22,183 nucleotides of DNA from Candidatus Micrarchaeota archaeon (GTDB taxonomy: Archaea > Micrarchaeota > Micrarchaeia > Anstonellales > Bilamarchaeaceae): the NCBI GenBank assembly GCA_043816005.1, contig JBDRIM010000011.1, forward strand, positions 1 through 22,183. The letters run 5' to 3'. Made by a program: the position numbers and the translations under genes. How positions within the stretch are numbered: position 1 is the stretch's first letter; every line of letters begins with the position of its first letter. The notes under the pieces are model-generated. The model was not told the DNA's origin and did not search any database. It worked only from the letters and a program-made list of their open reading frames with translations. Positions 1 through 9,708 of the stretch are shown piece after piece.

Positions 1-734
1 ACAAATGTTTGATCATCAATAGATACCATTGCAATGCTGCCTTCTTTGATTTTAAGTTGTGCTACAGTATTGTCACCTTGCACTACTGAAAGCAAAGCAT
101 AAACACCATCTGCTTGATTTTGAAGATCATCCAAAAGGAAACTTACTGAACCAAGAGTTAATGATTCACCTTGATTTATTATGCCGGCAACTGCAACACC
201 GGATGTTAAACATCCAGCAATCTCTGGACAATTAGCTTCGACTTTTAAAACTGCACCTGGAAGATTTCCATCTGGAGTGTAAGTACCGAGTAGAGTTATT
301 CTAAGATTACCTAAAACAGATGCTAATTCTGTTGGTTGGTCACGATAAAGTCTTAATTCATTAGTTTCATCACAATTTGGATCCAACAGAGATAGAATAA
401 CAAACGGACCTCGTTGTCCATCGTCCCCAACATCTTTAACTACAAAATGGAGTTCACCAACATCAAGAGTTTGGCCTTTTCTCACATATTCTTGAATTGG
501 AGCATCACCGCAAACTAAGCTTGGACCAGGTGCACAAACTCCAGCATCAGTTGTATCAGAAACGTCTGGACGATTTCCATAATAATGATTTGTAATTGTA
601 TCACCACAACCTGCAAGTGCACCAGTTGCAGCAACAATACCAGCTGCTTTGGCAAACGCTGTTCTGGCTGTAGTTGGTAATTGAGTATTTGGCCTAATAG
701 ATACATCTCGGCTAGTTAATCTTGTTCTTGTCAT
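1..734 (-). CDS. Putative surface lipoprotein with repeated beta-rich (S-layer-like) domains; 3' end runs off the window
   Basis: Translated by hand: ATG at 734 is open for 244 codons to the window edge (MTRTRLTSRDVSIRPNTQLPTTARTAFAKAAGIVAATGALAGCGDT...). It has a lipobox LAGC and two similar segments (VRKGQTLDVGELHFVVKDV / INQGESLTLGSVSFLLDDL). A GAGTGA SD-like motif and a TTTTAAA TATA-like box (781-787) lie upstream. Absent from the ORF track because it has no stop in the window. Confidence 0.8.
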   Translation of the reverse strand, partial: MTRTRLTSRDVSIRPNTQLPTTARTAFAKAAGIVAATGALAGCGDTITNHYYGNRPDVSDTTDAGVCAPGPSLVCGDAPIQEYVRKGQTLDVGELHFVVKDVGDDGQRGPFVILSLLDPNCDETNELRLYRDQPTELASVLGNLRITLLGTYTPDGNLPGAVLKVEANCPEIAGCLTSGVAVAGIINQGESLTLGSVSFLLDDLQNQADGVYALLSVVQGDNTVAQLKIKEGSIAMVSIDDQTF

Positions 735-790
735 TTTTTCACTCTTATTGTTATAAGTAGTGATGTTATGTATGGTAATATTTAAAAGTG

Positions 791-2080
791 TTATTTTTTT
801 GTTTTATGTGGTTTAGTAGACATCCTCTCAATAATTAGAAGTTCCTCGCTGCATGCCAGATGAGATGGTGATTTGCCAAACTGTTTGAAAAATTCCATTA
901 TTGCATTTTCTATTTTGATTATTTTACGGTTTACTTCTGCGTATATTTTTTTCTTTTTAACAATAAATTTTGCTTTTTTGTGATTTTTTTTGAATTTAAC
1001 GATGTGTTCTTTCATATTCAATGGAGGGCCTTCCACCAACATTTTAGGTGGAAGTTTATCTTTACTAGCTATAATCGCTAAACGAATAAGATGCTTGTGA
1101 TCATCTGCAATTATTGTTGTTTCAAATTCTTCAAGATGTGCTTTCAATTGTCCAGTCATCTTATAGACCTGGCCCCATAACACATCATCCACAACATCGG
1201 GTTTTGGTAATGAAACTAAAATTGCTTTTTTTCCTTTGGCAGCTTTCTTTATTTTTTCCTCAAATGTTGGCACATTCTTAAAGAAAAATAATTCAGATGG
1301 TTTTTTCAGAAATTGTATTGCGAGTTTTCTAAATGCCAAAAAATTTTCTTCGGAAACTGCAGCTGAAACATTTCTGTTCTTGTCTGTAGGATCAATAACT
1401 ACAAAAAAACCAAATCGTTTTATAGCATCATTTATTTCAGATTTTTTATAATATTTTTTCACGTCGATAAAAATAGGTTTTTTCCATTTGGAAGCATGCT
1501 TAAGTAAATTTTGGAAACTGCCATAATGAATTACCAGGAGTTCGCATAGATAACCAGAAAATCCTTTGATTTTTATTTCTGCTCCATAAAGCGAATGCGC
1601 ATGAAAGAATTTTTTCAAGAGAAGAACATCATCAATTTTTTCTTTGATAAGGGTTTTCTTTATGAATGAGGTATGTAGAACGGAACGATCAACAGCACTA
1701 AGGCGCTCTGCAGCAGAAGAAATTTTATATGCAGGTACCAAATCGATCCTTCTTCCTTCAAATTTGAATCTGGCATAGGGATGCTCTGCATAACTGAGTT
1801 GATAATGAATATTTGGAAAACACTCGCTTATAATTTTTTTAATAGTTGGTTCGAATTCGGTTTTTGGAACGGACCTATCAAAAAGTACGAAAATATCAAT
1901 ATCTTTTTTATCATGAAGAAATGTTTTTTTGGCCATGGAACCTGTAAGGACAACTTCGCAGCCAGGTGGGATATGTGGTCTGATCCTAAATAGTAAAATA
2001 TCGCAAAAATTCAACTCACGTTTCAGTTCAGTTTTGGATGGTTTTATCACCCTCAAAACCTTGGAAACAACAGAATGCAT
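791..2080 (-). CDS. cca: CCA-adding enzyme (archaeal class I tRNA nucleotidyltransferase)
   Basis: LTGSMAKKTFL...DIDIF nucleotidyltransferase motif, YAEHPY, IDLVP, SAVDRS, LYGAE...GFSGYLCELL, VIDPTDKNRNVSAAVS; 429 aa. Confidence 0.96.
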   Translation of the reverse strand: MHSVVSKVLRVIKPSKTELKRELNFCDILLFRIRPHIPPGCEVVLTGSMAKKTFLHDKKDIDIFVLFDRSVPKTEFEPTIKKIISECFPNIHYQLSYAEHPYARFKFEGRRIDLVPAYKISSAAERLSAVDRSVLHTSFIKKTLIKEKIDDVLLLKKFFHAHSLYGAEIKIKGFSGYLCELLVIHYGSFQNLLKHASKWKKPIFIDVKKYYKKSEINDAIKRFGFFVVIDPTDKNRNVSAAVSEENFLAFRKLAIQFLKKPSELFFFKNVPTFEEKIKKAAKGKKAILVSLPKPDVVDDVLWGQVYKMTGQLKAHLEEFETTIIADDHKHLIRLAIIASKDKLPPKMLVEGPPLNMKEHIVKFKKNHKKAKFIVKKKKIYAEVNRKIIKIENAIMEFFKQFGKSPSHLACSEELLIIERMSTKPHKTKK

Positions 2081-2102
2081 ACTATAAGCTAACCTCGCAA
2101 GG

Positions 2103-2110
2103 TTTTAAAA
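2103..2110. promoter_or_regulatory. Probable bidirectional TATA box between the divergent cca and 755-aa genes
   Basis: Palindromic TTTTAAAA lies 23 nt from the cca ATG (2080) and 22 nt from the in-frame ATG at 2132. Confidence 0.55.
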
Positions 2111-2122
2111 GAACAATATTGA

Positions 2123-4390
2123 ATGTCACTCATGCGCAAGTTCATAGTACTGATACTCCTGTTTTTCATGGGTTTTGGATGTTTGGAAGAAAGTAATTTT
2201 CCAAGCAGTGGAGCCGAACACGTCAGTTCACTTGATGCCGTCGATCTGGATGGCGAAGGGACAACAGATTATTACATATATGATTTTACTCCATTTAATG
2301 CAAATGACATGGAAGTACAAAGGCAAATGACAGTTGTTGTTACTACAAATGCTGAATACACTTCATATAATTCTGCCTTAACAGATGCAAATTTATTACA
2401 AGCAGACCAAAGTCTTGAAGAATTTTCAAAGGCAAGGATACAGGCAGATTTGACTTGTAGCAATAGTTTAGGTGTGAGTAATGTTGTTTGTTCCAATACA
2501 CAAACATGCAAGGAGCTTTGTTCTGCTGCATCCTTGAAATGCAAAAATATTGCTACTTACAATGAAGAAATTTTGACTGACTCGATGCTTTCATATATTA
2601 GTGATAATAATGAATTGCGCAGCCTTACATTAAACACGCGAAATGTTATCCTTAATCTTAGAACTGCAAGCGATGCAGAGAAAAAGGAATTTCTAAGTAA
2701 TACACGAAAGATTGTTGCGCTTGTGGCAGACATAAATGCAAACCCAGTTTATGTTAACAAAAATCTAAAGCTTTGTACTAAATCAGATTTTGGAATACCA
2801 TTTGTAATGGAAGCAGAAAAAAAGATAGGAGAGTATCAAATTGTTAAACGAGAATACACTTACAGAATCATAATATCCATAAAACCTACCAAAATTGTAA
2901 CTGATGATTTTACTCTTGGTGGTGCCGGATTTGTAGATAGAATGCCAGCCAGTGTGATAACACAACCAGAAATTATAGCATCAAGACAAGGGATTAGTGC
3001 AACACAACAAGGAAATGATGTAGTTATTCGATGGGATTCAAGTAAGAATTCCAAAGAAGGATATATTGTCATGTATACTTTTACTTCAACTACACCACCA
3101 GAATCTGTTTTGTCTTCTTTACAAACACCAGATGTAAAAACAAGAAAAATGAATTTGATATTGCTTGCACCACTAAACATAATGCTTCTGAGTTTCAACG
3201 TTGTATTGGGAAATTATTACATTGCCTATGGATTGAGCCTGGGTATAATACTTGCATTATTATTTTTCGTATATACAATAATAGTACTGATATTCAGCAT
3301 AATAGGTGAAAAAGCAGGCGGTGCAAGCTTCCTGACTGGTTTCAGAAAAGCATTTGGAAGAACAGATATAAGATGGAAAACAGATATTATTGTAGCAATA
3401 ATGTTGCTTGTTGGCGGGTATTACATTGCCACTGTAATGACCGTCCTTCCATCGATAGCAATGAATATAGTTGAATCAATAGATTTCCTCCTAAAAAACG
3501 AGATGGGAATGATAAGCATCACACTTATTTTCATGGGTACTGTGATGGTTTATTTAGCAATTGAAAATTTCATAAAAATAATTGTTCTTGAGCGCGCATA
3601 TGGAATGGTCATACGGCAGGAAAAAGATGTACTTCTTTCTAAGGCAAGTATGTTGAAAACCAAAATAAAAGAACTTGGGGATTTGATAGAACAATATAGC
3701 AAAGAAGATTTTGATATAAGCAAAGAATATGACATTTATACTTCATTTAAACTTGAACGTGTTGATGCGCTAGCAAAAGAAATGAGTCCAAGAAGTAAGG
3801 CACTTGTTGACGAACAGCTTAATCATGTTGAAGGTGCTGTAACTAGTTTACAAGAAAGAAAAAAACTTGCAGATACTAATTGGACAAAATGGAAGGAGAA
3901 TATTGCAAAACTGCTTGATGAACAAGGTGAAGTTTATGCTGCTTCATTAATTACCGTACCGGCTTCATTACGTGCTTGGGCACTAAGTAAATACGTAAAA
4001 GAGACATCAATTGAAGGAGTTTATTTCGAACGTGATGCTGTCAAAAAAAGACGAGTTTCTCCAATTGCCCTTGTTCAAGAAATGATAGAAAAACGTTTGA
4101 TAAAGGGAGCAGTGGTGCTAAAACAGGATAAAGTTATTGTTTCTGAGTTTGAAGAACATTATGGTACAGTAGAAACAGTACTGGCATTGAAACTAATAAC
4201 GTACTTAAATTCGCTTGCAAAGAATCTTGGACAACATCCACCACAAAGCTTTGCAACGATTGGTGAGAAGAATGTCATTTTACTTCTGAAAGATCACAAC
4301 ATACAAACAGTATTATTCTTAAGTAAGGATAAGTTCAAAGAAGCTGTTGAACAGTGGAAAGCAAAGTCGAAAATATTCAGTAGTAGCTAA
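2123..4390 (+). CDS. Uncharacterised multidomain membrane protein: lipoprotein-like signal, Cys-rich extracellular region, 3-4 TM helices, coiled coil, C-terminal Roadblock/LC7-like domain (start may be 2132)
   Basis: 755-aa ORF. N-terminus MRKFIVLILLFFMGFGC; DLDGEG loop; Cys cluster; hydrophobic segments at about aa 345-490; Lys/Glu-rich helical region; C-terminus IKGAVVLKQDKVIVSE...LAKNLGQHPPQSFATIGEKNVILLLK...TVLFL. Confidence 0.85.
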   Translation: MSLMRKFIVLILLFFMGFGCLEESNFPSSGAEHVSSLDAVDLDGEGTTDYYIYDFTPFNANDMEVQRQMTVVVTTNAEYTSYNSALTDANLLQADQSLEEFSKARIQADLTCSNSLGVSNVVCSNTQTCKELCSAASLKCKNIATYNEEILTDSMLSYISDNNELRSLTLNTRNVILNLRTASDAEKKEFLSNTRKIVALVADINANPVYVNKNLKLCTKSDFGIPFVMEAEKKIGEYQIVKREYTYRIIISIKPTKIVTDDFTLGGAGFVDRMPASVITQPEIIASRQGISATQQGNDVVIRWDSSKNSKEGYIVMYTFTSTTPPESVLSSLQTPDVKTRKMNLILLAPLNIMLLSFNVVLGNYYIAYGLSLGIILALLFFVYTIIVLIFSIIGEKAGGASFLTGFRKAFGRTDIRWKTDIIVAIMLLVGGYYIATVMTVLPSIAMNIVESIDFLLKNEMGMISITLIFMGTVMVYLAIENFIKIIVLERAYGMVIRQEKDVLLSKASMLKTKIKELGDLIEQYSKEDFDISKEYDIYTSFKLERVDALAKEMSPRSKALVDEQLNHVEGAVTSLQERKKLADTNWTKWKENIAKLLDEQGEVYAASLITVPASLRAWALSKYVKETSIEGVYFERDAVKKRRVSPIALVQEMIEKRLIKGAVVLKQDKVIVSEFEEHYGTVETVLALKLITYLNSLAKNLGQHPPQSFATIGEKNVILLLKDHNIQTVLFLSKDKFKEAVEQWKAKSKIFSSS

Positions 4391-4401
4391 TTTTTTCATG
4401 A

Positions 4402-4510
4402 TCGCTTCGCGATGGGGATTCGAAGATTTTGGTTCGCGCACTCCGTGGGGGTTTGAGGGGGCTATCGCCCCCTACACAAACCAAAGCACCTTCAAACAAA
4501 CCAAAAACAC
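4402..4510 (+). repeat. GC-rich structured palindromic element, copy A (diverged; inverted relative to copies B and C)
   Basis: Aligns by eye with the reverse complement of 9735-9850 (shared ctccg(t/c)gggggtttgaggggg...ccccct...ttcaaa.aaaccaaaaa). Hairpin AGGGGGC-TATC-GCCCCCT at 4456-4473. Confidence 0.85.
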
Positions 4511-4519
4511 AGAGAAATG

Positions 4520-4550
4520 CTTTTAAACACTTGTTATCACCATATGATAA
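4520..4550 (+). promoter_or_regulatory. TATA box plus inverted-repeat operator candidate upstream of the orphan gene
   Basis: CTTTTAAA at 4520-4527, followed by a perfect TTATCA-N5-TGATAA at 4534-4550; SD-like GGTGA at 4563-4567. Confidence 0.45.
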
Positions 4551-4573
4551 ACAAACTAATTAGGTGATTACAT

Positions 4574-5179
4574 ATGGTTAGAGGCGGAAAAGGACATGCA
4601 GATCCTTTGGTAACTAAAAGCGGATTAACGACTGTTGAAATTGGTGGACAAAAATATTTATGTACTTTTACTGGAGCAAATGGAAGAGAACAATTATCTG
4701 TAGCAAAAGTTGTAAGTTTGATGGGGGACCAAAATGATGCTAATCTTATGGCAAGACGATTTTGTGATAAGGGCCGAAAGACATTTGTAGGAATTGACAC
4801 TGAGAGAAATGTTTATGTAGCCGAAGAACTTCCACCTAAGGAAGTTGCAAGTATAAAAGAGCAAATTTTAGCTCAGAGACAACCAACAAGACGAACTGGC
4901 GAATTTGCAAGATTTCAACAAGCTGGCGGATCAGAACCAATAGTAGTGGATTATACACAGTGGGCCGAGGGAATTGCACTTCAATATGTAGATATGCCAG
5001 TTGATACAATGAGAATAAATGCTGTAAATCAATTGCCTGGGCTTAGTGGTACAGACCAAAAAAGAACTGCATTAATAACTGCACTCGGAACAGTTGCGGA
5101 TATCTGTGACAATAATGGCCGTGCAACAGTAATTAGAAAAATTGCAGGAGAACTAGCTGCAGGAACTTTGGTTTTATAA
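4574..5179 (+). CDS. Hypothetical protein (201 aa, no family recognised)
   Basis: Fills the gap between neighbouring genes; GGTGA SD 6 nt before the ATG; T-rich tract after the stop. Confidence 0.8.
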   Translation: MVRGGKGHADPLVTKSGLTTVEIGGQKYLCTFTGANGREQLSVAKVVSLMGDQNDANLMARRFCDKGRKTFVGIDTERNVYVAEELPPKEVASIKEQILAQRQPTRRTGEFARFQQAGGSEPIVVDYTQWAEGIALQYVDMPVDTMRINAVNQLPGLSGTDQKRTALITALGTVADICDNNGRATVIRKIAGELAAGTLVL

Positions 5180-5249
5180 TTTTTTATCTTATTTTTACTA
5201 ATAACGATAGTAGTGGTTTCTAACCCCCGAATCATCAAAAAATCCATCC

Positions 5250-5298
5250 CTTTTTAAAGCCTTTTTTACAATATTTAGTTACTGAAAAGTAGACTAAA
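5250..5298 (+). promoter_or_regulatory. gyrBA promoter region: TATA-like box followed by an inverted repeat
   Basis: TTTTTAAA at about 5251-5258; TTTAGTTACT-GAAA-AGTAGACTAAA (one bulge) at 5274-5298. Confidence 0.4.
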
Positions 5299-5339
5299 AA
5301 ACCATATTCTCTACGACGTGAATTTGAAAATAAGAATTA

Positions 5340-7238
5340 GTGGTAAAAATGAACGAAGAAACAAATTATACTGCAAAAGAAATTCAGGTGTTGGAAGGCT
5401 TAGAAGGAGTACGAAGAAGGCCTGGAATGTATATAGGAGATACTTACCAAAGAGGGCTCCACCACTTAGTATATGAAATAGTTGATAATGCCATAGATGA
5501 AGCACTTGCAGGGTATTGTAAAACCATAACTATCACGCTTAACAAAGACTCGAGCGCCACAATAAAAGATGATGGAAGAGGAATACCAGTAGATAAACAC
5601 ACCTCGGGTAAATCAGCTTTGGAAATAGTTTCAAGCTCTCTCCATGCAGGTGGAAAATTTGAGAAAAAAGCTTACAAAGTGTCTGGTGGCCTTCATGGAG
5701 TTGGTATGAGTGTTGTTACTGCACTTTCAGAATGGATGAGGATCGAGGTTCATAGAGATGGTAAAATCCATTCCATTGCTTATGCTAAGGGTAAACTGAC
5801 AAGTCCAGTAAGTATTACGGGTGAAACAGACCATAGAGGAACAGTAGTTACATTTAAGGCAGACAGTACAATTTTCCAATCAATTGAATTTGAATATGAT
5901 TATCTGAAAGACAGATTGATGGAACTGGCATTCCTAAACAAAGGACTGCAGATAACATTGATAGATGAACGCAGTGATAAAAAAGAGGAATATTGTTACC
6001 AGGGCGGAATTGTCGAATTTGTAACCTATTTGAACCAAGCAAGAAACAAACTCCATGATCCGGTTTATTTTACTAAAAGAGCAGACCATGTGGAGATAGA
6101 TGTTGCACTTCAGTATACTGACAGCTATAATGAGATGATATATAGTTTTGTAAACGATATAAAAACAATAGAAGGCGGCACTCATGTTGTTGGTTTTAGA
6201 ACTGCACTCACAAGGGCAGTTAATGATTTTGCAAGAAGTAATAAACTGATAAAAGATGATCGTAAACTTACTGGTGATGATGCAATAGAGGGCGTCACTG
6301 CCATACTGAGTCTAAAAATACCAGAACCTCAATTCGAAGGACAGACGAAAACCAAACTGGGAAATAGTGAAGTGCGAGGATATGTTGATAGTATAGTTTA
6401 TGACGCACTGAAGACCTATTTCGAGGAACATCCTCAAGAAGCAAAACGCGTAATGAGCAAAGTAGTAAATGCAATGGAAGCAAGAGAAGCAGCCCAGAAG
6501 GCAAAGGAACTTATAAGAAGAAAAAATGTCTTCGAAAGCAGCATACTCCCAGGAAAACTTGCTGATTGTAGTGAAGAAGACCCTGCAAAATCAGAGATTT
6601 ATTTTGTTGAGGGAGATTCAGCAGGTGGTTCATCAAAACAAGCACGAGACCGTCGCACGCAAGCAATTTTACCTCTTCGTGGCAAGATTTTGAATGTTGA
6701 AAAAGCACCCATGCATCGAGTTCTAGCAAGTGAAGAAATCAAGAATATTGTTGTGTCAATAGGTGCAGGATTCAAAGATGATTTTGACCTAAGTAAAGTG
6801 AGATACCATAAGATAGTAATCATGACTGATGCTGATGTTGACGGTTCCCATATTAGAACGCTCATATTAACCTTATTTTATAGATATTTCAAACCGATAG
6901 TTGAGAAAGGTTATCTTTACATCGCCCAACCACCATTATATCGTATCCAAAAAGGGAAAAGTAGTCAGTATGCTTACAACGATGCCCAGCTTGCTGAGAT
7001 TCTAAAGCAAGTAGGCGATAATGCTGGAATACAAAGATACAAAGGTCTTGGTGAAATGAACCCATCGCAATTATGGGAAACAACCATGAATCCTGAAACA
7101 AGAACCTTAAAACAGGTAACTATAGCAGATACTATGCTGGCAGACGAATTATTCACAATTTTAATGGGAGATCAGGTTGAACCAAGGCGCCAATTCATCG
7201 AACAGCATGCTGCACTTGTGAAAAACTTAGATATCTAA
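5340..7238 (+). CDS. gyrB: DNA gyrase subunit B (likely start ATG 5349)
   Basis: LEGLEGVRRRPGMYIG, EIVDNAIDE, DDGRGIP, LHAGGKF, SGGLHGVG (GHKL ATPase); VEGDSAGGS, PLRGK, MTDADVDG (TOPRIM); QRYKGLGEMNP. Confidence 0.98.
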   Translation: MVKMNEETNYTAKEIQVLEGLEGVRRRPGMYIGDTYQRGLHHLVYEIVDNAIDEALAGYCKTITITLNKDSSATIKDDGRGIPVDKHTSGKSALEIVSSSLHAGGKFEKKAYKVSGGLHGVGMSVVTALSEWMRIEVHRDGKIHSIAYAKGKLTSPVSITGETDHRGTVVTFKADSTIFQSIEFEYDYLKDRLMELAFLNKGLQITLIDERSDKKEEYCYQGGIVEFVTYLNQARNKLHDPVYFTKRADHVEIDVALQYTDSYNEMIYSFVNDIKTIEGGTHVVGFRTALTRAVNDFARSNKLIKDDRKLTGDDAIEGVTAILSLKIPEPQFEGQTKTKLGNSEVRGYVDSIVYDALKTYFEEHPQEAKRVMSKVVNAMEAREAAQKAKELIRRKNVFESSILPGKLADCSEEDPAKSEIYFVEGDSAGGSSKQARDRRTQAILPLRGKILNVEKAPMHRVLASEEIKNIVVSIGAGFKDDFDLSKVRYHKIVIMTDADVDGSHIRTLILTLFYRYFKPIVEKGYLYIAQPPLYRIQKGKSSQYAYNDAQLAEILKQVGDNAGIQRYKGLGEMNPSQLWETTMNPETRTLKQVTIADTMLADELFTILMGDQVEPRRQFIEQHAALVKNLDI

Positions 7239-7253
7239 ATCGGGAAGATAAAT

Positions 7254-9704
7254 ATGACTGAAAAGATTGTTCCAAGGACCATCGAAGCTGACATGAAGGA
7301 AAGCTATCTGGATTATGCAATGTCAGTAATTATAGGCCGTGCCATTCCAGATGTAAGGGATGGTCTCAAACCAGTTCATAGAAGGATTTTGTTTGCAATG
7401 CATGAACTTGGTAATGTTTATGGAAAAGCATACAAGAAAAGTGCCCGTGTTGTTGGTGAAGTTTTAGGTAAATATCACCCCCACGGTGACACTGCAGTTT
7501 ATGATTCTCTTGTAAGAATGGCACAAACTTTCTCGCTTAGATACACATTGGTTGATGGCCAGGGAAATTTTGGTTCTGTTGACGGGGATAATGCAGCTGC
7601 AATGAGATATACTGAAGTTCGCATGGCCAAGATAACGGCTGAACTTCTTTCTGATATTGAAAGAGAAACAGTTAATTTTGGGGATAATTTTGATGGTACG
7701 CTAAAGGAACCACTTGTTCTGCCAGCCAAAATACCAAATTTACTCATAAACGGTTCATCTGGTATTGCAGTAGGTATGGCAACCAATATGCCACCACATA
7801 ATATTAGTGAAATTATAGATGCTACAGTTGCTTTTATCGATGGTGCACCAGAAGATGAAATAATAAGGACTGTTCAGGGACCTGATTTCCCAACTGGCGG
7901 AATTATTGTTGGTAGAGCAGGCATATTTGATGCATATAAAACCGGCAGAGGTATGCTAAGACTCAGAGCAAAGGTAGAGAAAAATCTGGAAAAACACACC
8001 CTAATTATTAGTGAAATACCATATCAACTTACTAAAACCGCGCTTATAGAATCAATTGTTGATGCGGTTAGAGAGAAAAAGATTGATGGAATTAGTGGGG
8101 TTCATGACAGGTCAGATAAGGATGGTATGGAGGTCATAATTGACCTTAAGAAAAGCTCGGATCCAGATATAGTGTTGAATCAGTTGTATGCTCACACACA
8201 AATGCAGACAAGTTTTGGAATAATAAATCTTGCAATTGTCAAAAATGAACCAAAAGTTATGAATCTACAAACAATGATCAATGAGTTTGTTGAATTCAGA
8301 AAAGAAGTTGTAAGAAAAAGAAGCGAATTTGAATTGAGAGAAGCACAGGCAAGAGCACATATATTGGAAGGACTTAGAATTGCATTGCAGAATATTGATC
8401 CAATTGTAAATTTCTTGAGAAAATCCAAGAATATGGAGGAAGCACGCAATGGATTAATGAAAAACTATTCACTTAGTGAGCTTCAGGCAAATGCAGTTTT
8501 AGATATGAAGATATCTCGTCTTATTGCCCTCGAACAAGAAAAGATAGAAACAGAGTATCAAGAGTTAATGAAAAAGATAATCTGGTTGAAGGAAATCCTT
8601 GCTGATATTACAAAAGTAATGGAGATCATCAAAAACGAACTCAAAGAGATAAGAGAAAAATACGGTGATGAAAGAAAGACTGAGATCATAGAAGGTGAAG
8701 ATGACATTGATATTGAATCTCTTATTCCAAACGATGATGTTGTTGTTGTAATAAGCAACCGTGGATATATAAAACGCGTTGGACTTCAAGAATACCGAGC
8801 TCAGCACAGAGGAGGAAAAGGAGTTATTGGGTCTACAAAAGATGAAGATTTTGTTCAGGATGTTGTAATAACCAAAAATCATAATTACCTCTTGCTATTT
8901 ACTGATAAGGGCAGGGCATTCTGGCTCAAAGTATATAGAGTACCAGAAGGAAGTAGGTATGCAATCGGTAAAACATTAGTAAGTATGCTTGATCTCAAGG
9001 ATGAAAAGATTACTTCTTGGATAAGTGTTGGCAGTTTCGATAGTAAGGAATTTTTATCTATGATAACAAAGAATGGTATCATAAAAAGAACTGCACTTGA
9101 GAATTTCAGCAATGTAAGAAAAGTAGGTATAATTGCAATAACCCTAAAAGAAAATGATAGACTTGTTGAAGTTATAAAAACAGACGGTAAACAGGACATT
9201 ATTATTGCAACTAAAAAGGGCCAGGCGATTAGATTCAAAGAAGAAGAGGCAAGAGAACTTGGTAGAACTGGACAGGGAGTAATTGGTATAAGAATGAAAG
9301 AAAAAGATGACGAAGTTGTTGGTATTGCCCCATGTAAAAGACCAACAGTACTTACAATTACAGAAAACGGATTTGGAAAGAGAACCCACATTGATGAGTA
9401 TAGAGTGCAGGGTCGTGGTGGTTCTGGTGTCATCAACATAAAAACTGAAGGTAGAAATGGAGATGTTATAGGTATAAGAACAGTTGAGGATAACGATGAG
9501 ATAATTGTTATGAGTTCTCAGGGCCAAACAATCAGGACTCCTGTTAGTGGAATTTCAACCATTGGAAGAAATACTCAGGGAGTTACCATAATCAGATTAA
9601 GAGAAAAGGAAAAAGTAGCAAGTTTTGCTGTTGTGAGGGTGAGTGATATCGCCCCCACCAATGAGCAACAAGAAACTAAACCTTCGACTGACGAGCAAAC
9701 TTGA
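7254..9704 (+). CDS. gyrA: DNA gyrase subunit A
   Basis: [28 protein letters not shown], catalytic AAMRYTE, GyrA-box QHRGGKG (8802-8822) and beta-pinwheel CTD repeats. Confidence 0.98.
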   Translation: MTEKIVPRTIEADMKESYLDYAMSVIIGRAIPDVRDGLKPVHRRILFAMHELGNVYGKAYKKSARVVGEVLGKYHPHGDTAVYDSLVRMAQTFSLRYTLVDGQGNFGSVDGDNAAAMRYTEVRMAKITAELLSDIERETVNFGDNFDGTLKEPLVLPAKIPNLLINGSSGIAVGMATNMPPHNISEIIDATVAFIDGAPEDEIIRTVQGPDFPTGGIIVGRAGIFDAYKTGRGMLRLRAKVEKNLEKHTLIISEIPYQLTKTALIESIVDAVREKKIDGISGVHDRSDKDGMEVIIDLKKSSDPDIVLNQLYAHTQMQTSFGIINLAIVKNEPKVMNLQTMINEFVEFRKEVVRKRSEFELREAQARAHILEGLRIALQNIDPIVNFLRKSKNMEEARNGLMKNYSLSELQANAVLDMKISRLIALEQEKIETEYQELMKKIIWLKEILADITKVMEIIKNELKEIREKYGDERKTEIIEGEDDIDIESLIPNDDVVVVISNRGYIKRVGLQEYRAQHRGGKGVIGSTKDEDFVQDVVITKNHNYLLLFTDKGRAFWLKVYRVPEGSRYAIGKTLVSMLDLKDEKITSWISVGSFDSKEFLSMITKNGIIKRTALENFSNVRKVGIIAITLKENDRLVEVIKTDGKQDIIIATKKGQAIRFKEEEARELGRTGQGVIGIRMKEKDDEVVGIAPCKRPTVLTITENGFGKRTHIDEYRVQGRGGSGVINIKTEGRNGDVIGIRTVEDNDEIIVMSSQGQTIRTPVSGISTIGRNTQGVTIIRLREKEKVASFAVVRVSDIAPTNEQQETKPSTDEQT

Positions 9705-9708
9705 TAAT

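Noticed and set aside
515..706. 63-aa ORF from the ORF track
   Set aside because: Out-of-frame overlap of the longer minus-strand gene that starts at 734.
4410..4475. tRNA gene or fragment (TTCGAATCCCC on the minus strand resembles a T-arm)
   Set aside because: Lacks the GGTTC T-stem pairing and any cloverleaf; explained by the palindromic element.
8885..9527. Antisense ORFs of 184 and 127 aa within gyrA, and similar shadow ORFs such as 17915-18388, 2860-3198 and 19738-20043
   Set aside because: They overlap well-supported genes on the opposite strand and show no protein motifs.
5340..9704. Topoisomerase IV or intein-containing gyrase
   Set aside because: A GyrA-box and full CTD are present, and lengths are normal with no intein motifs.
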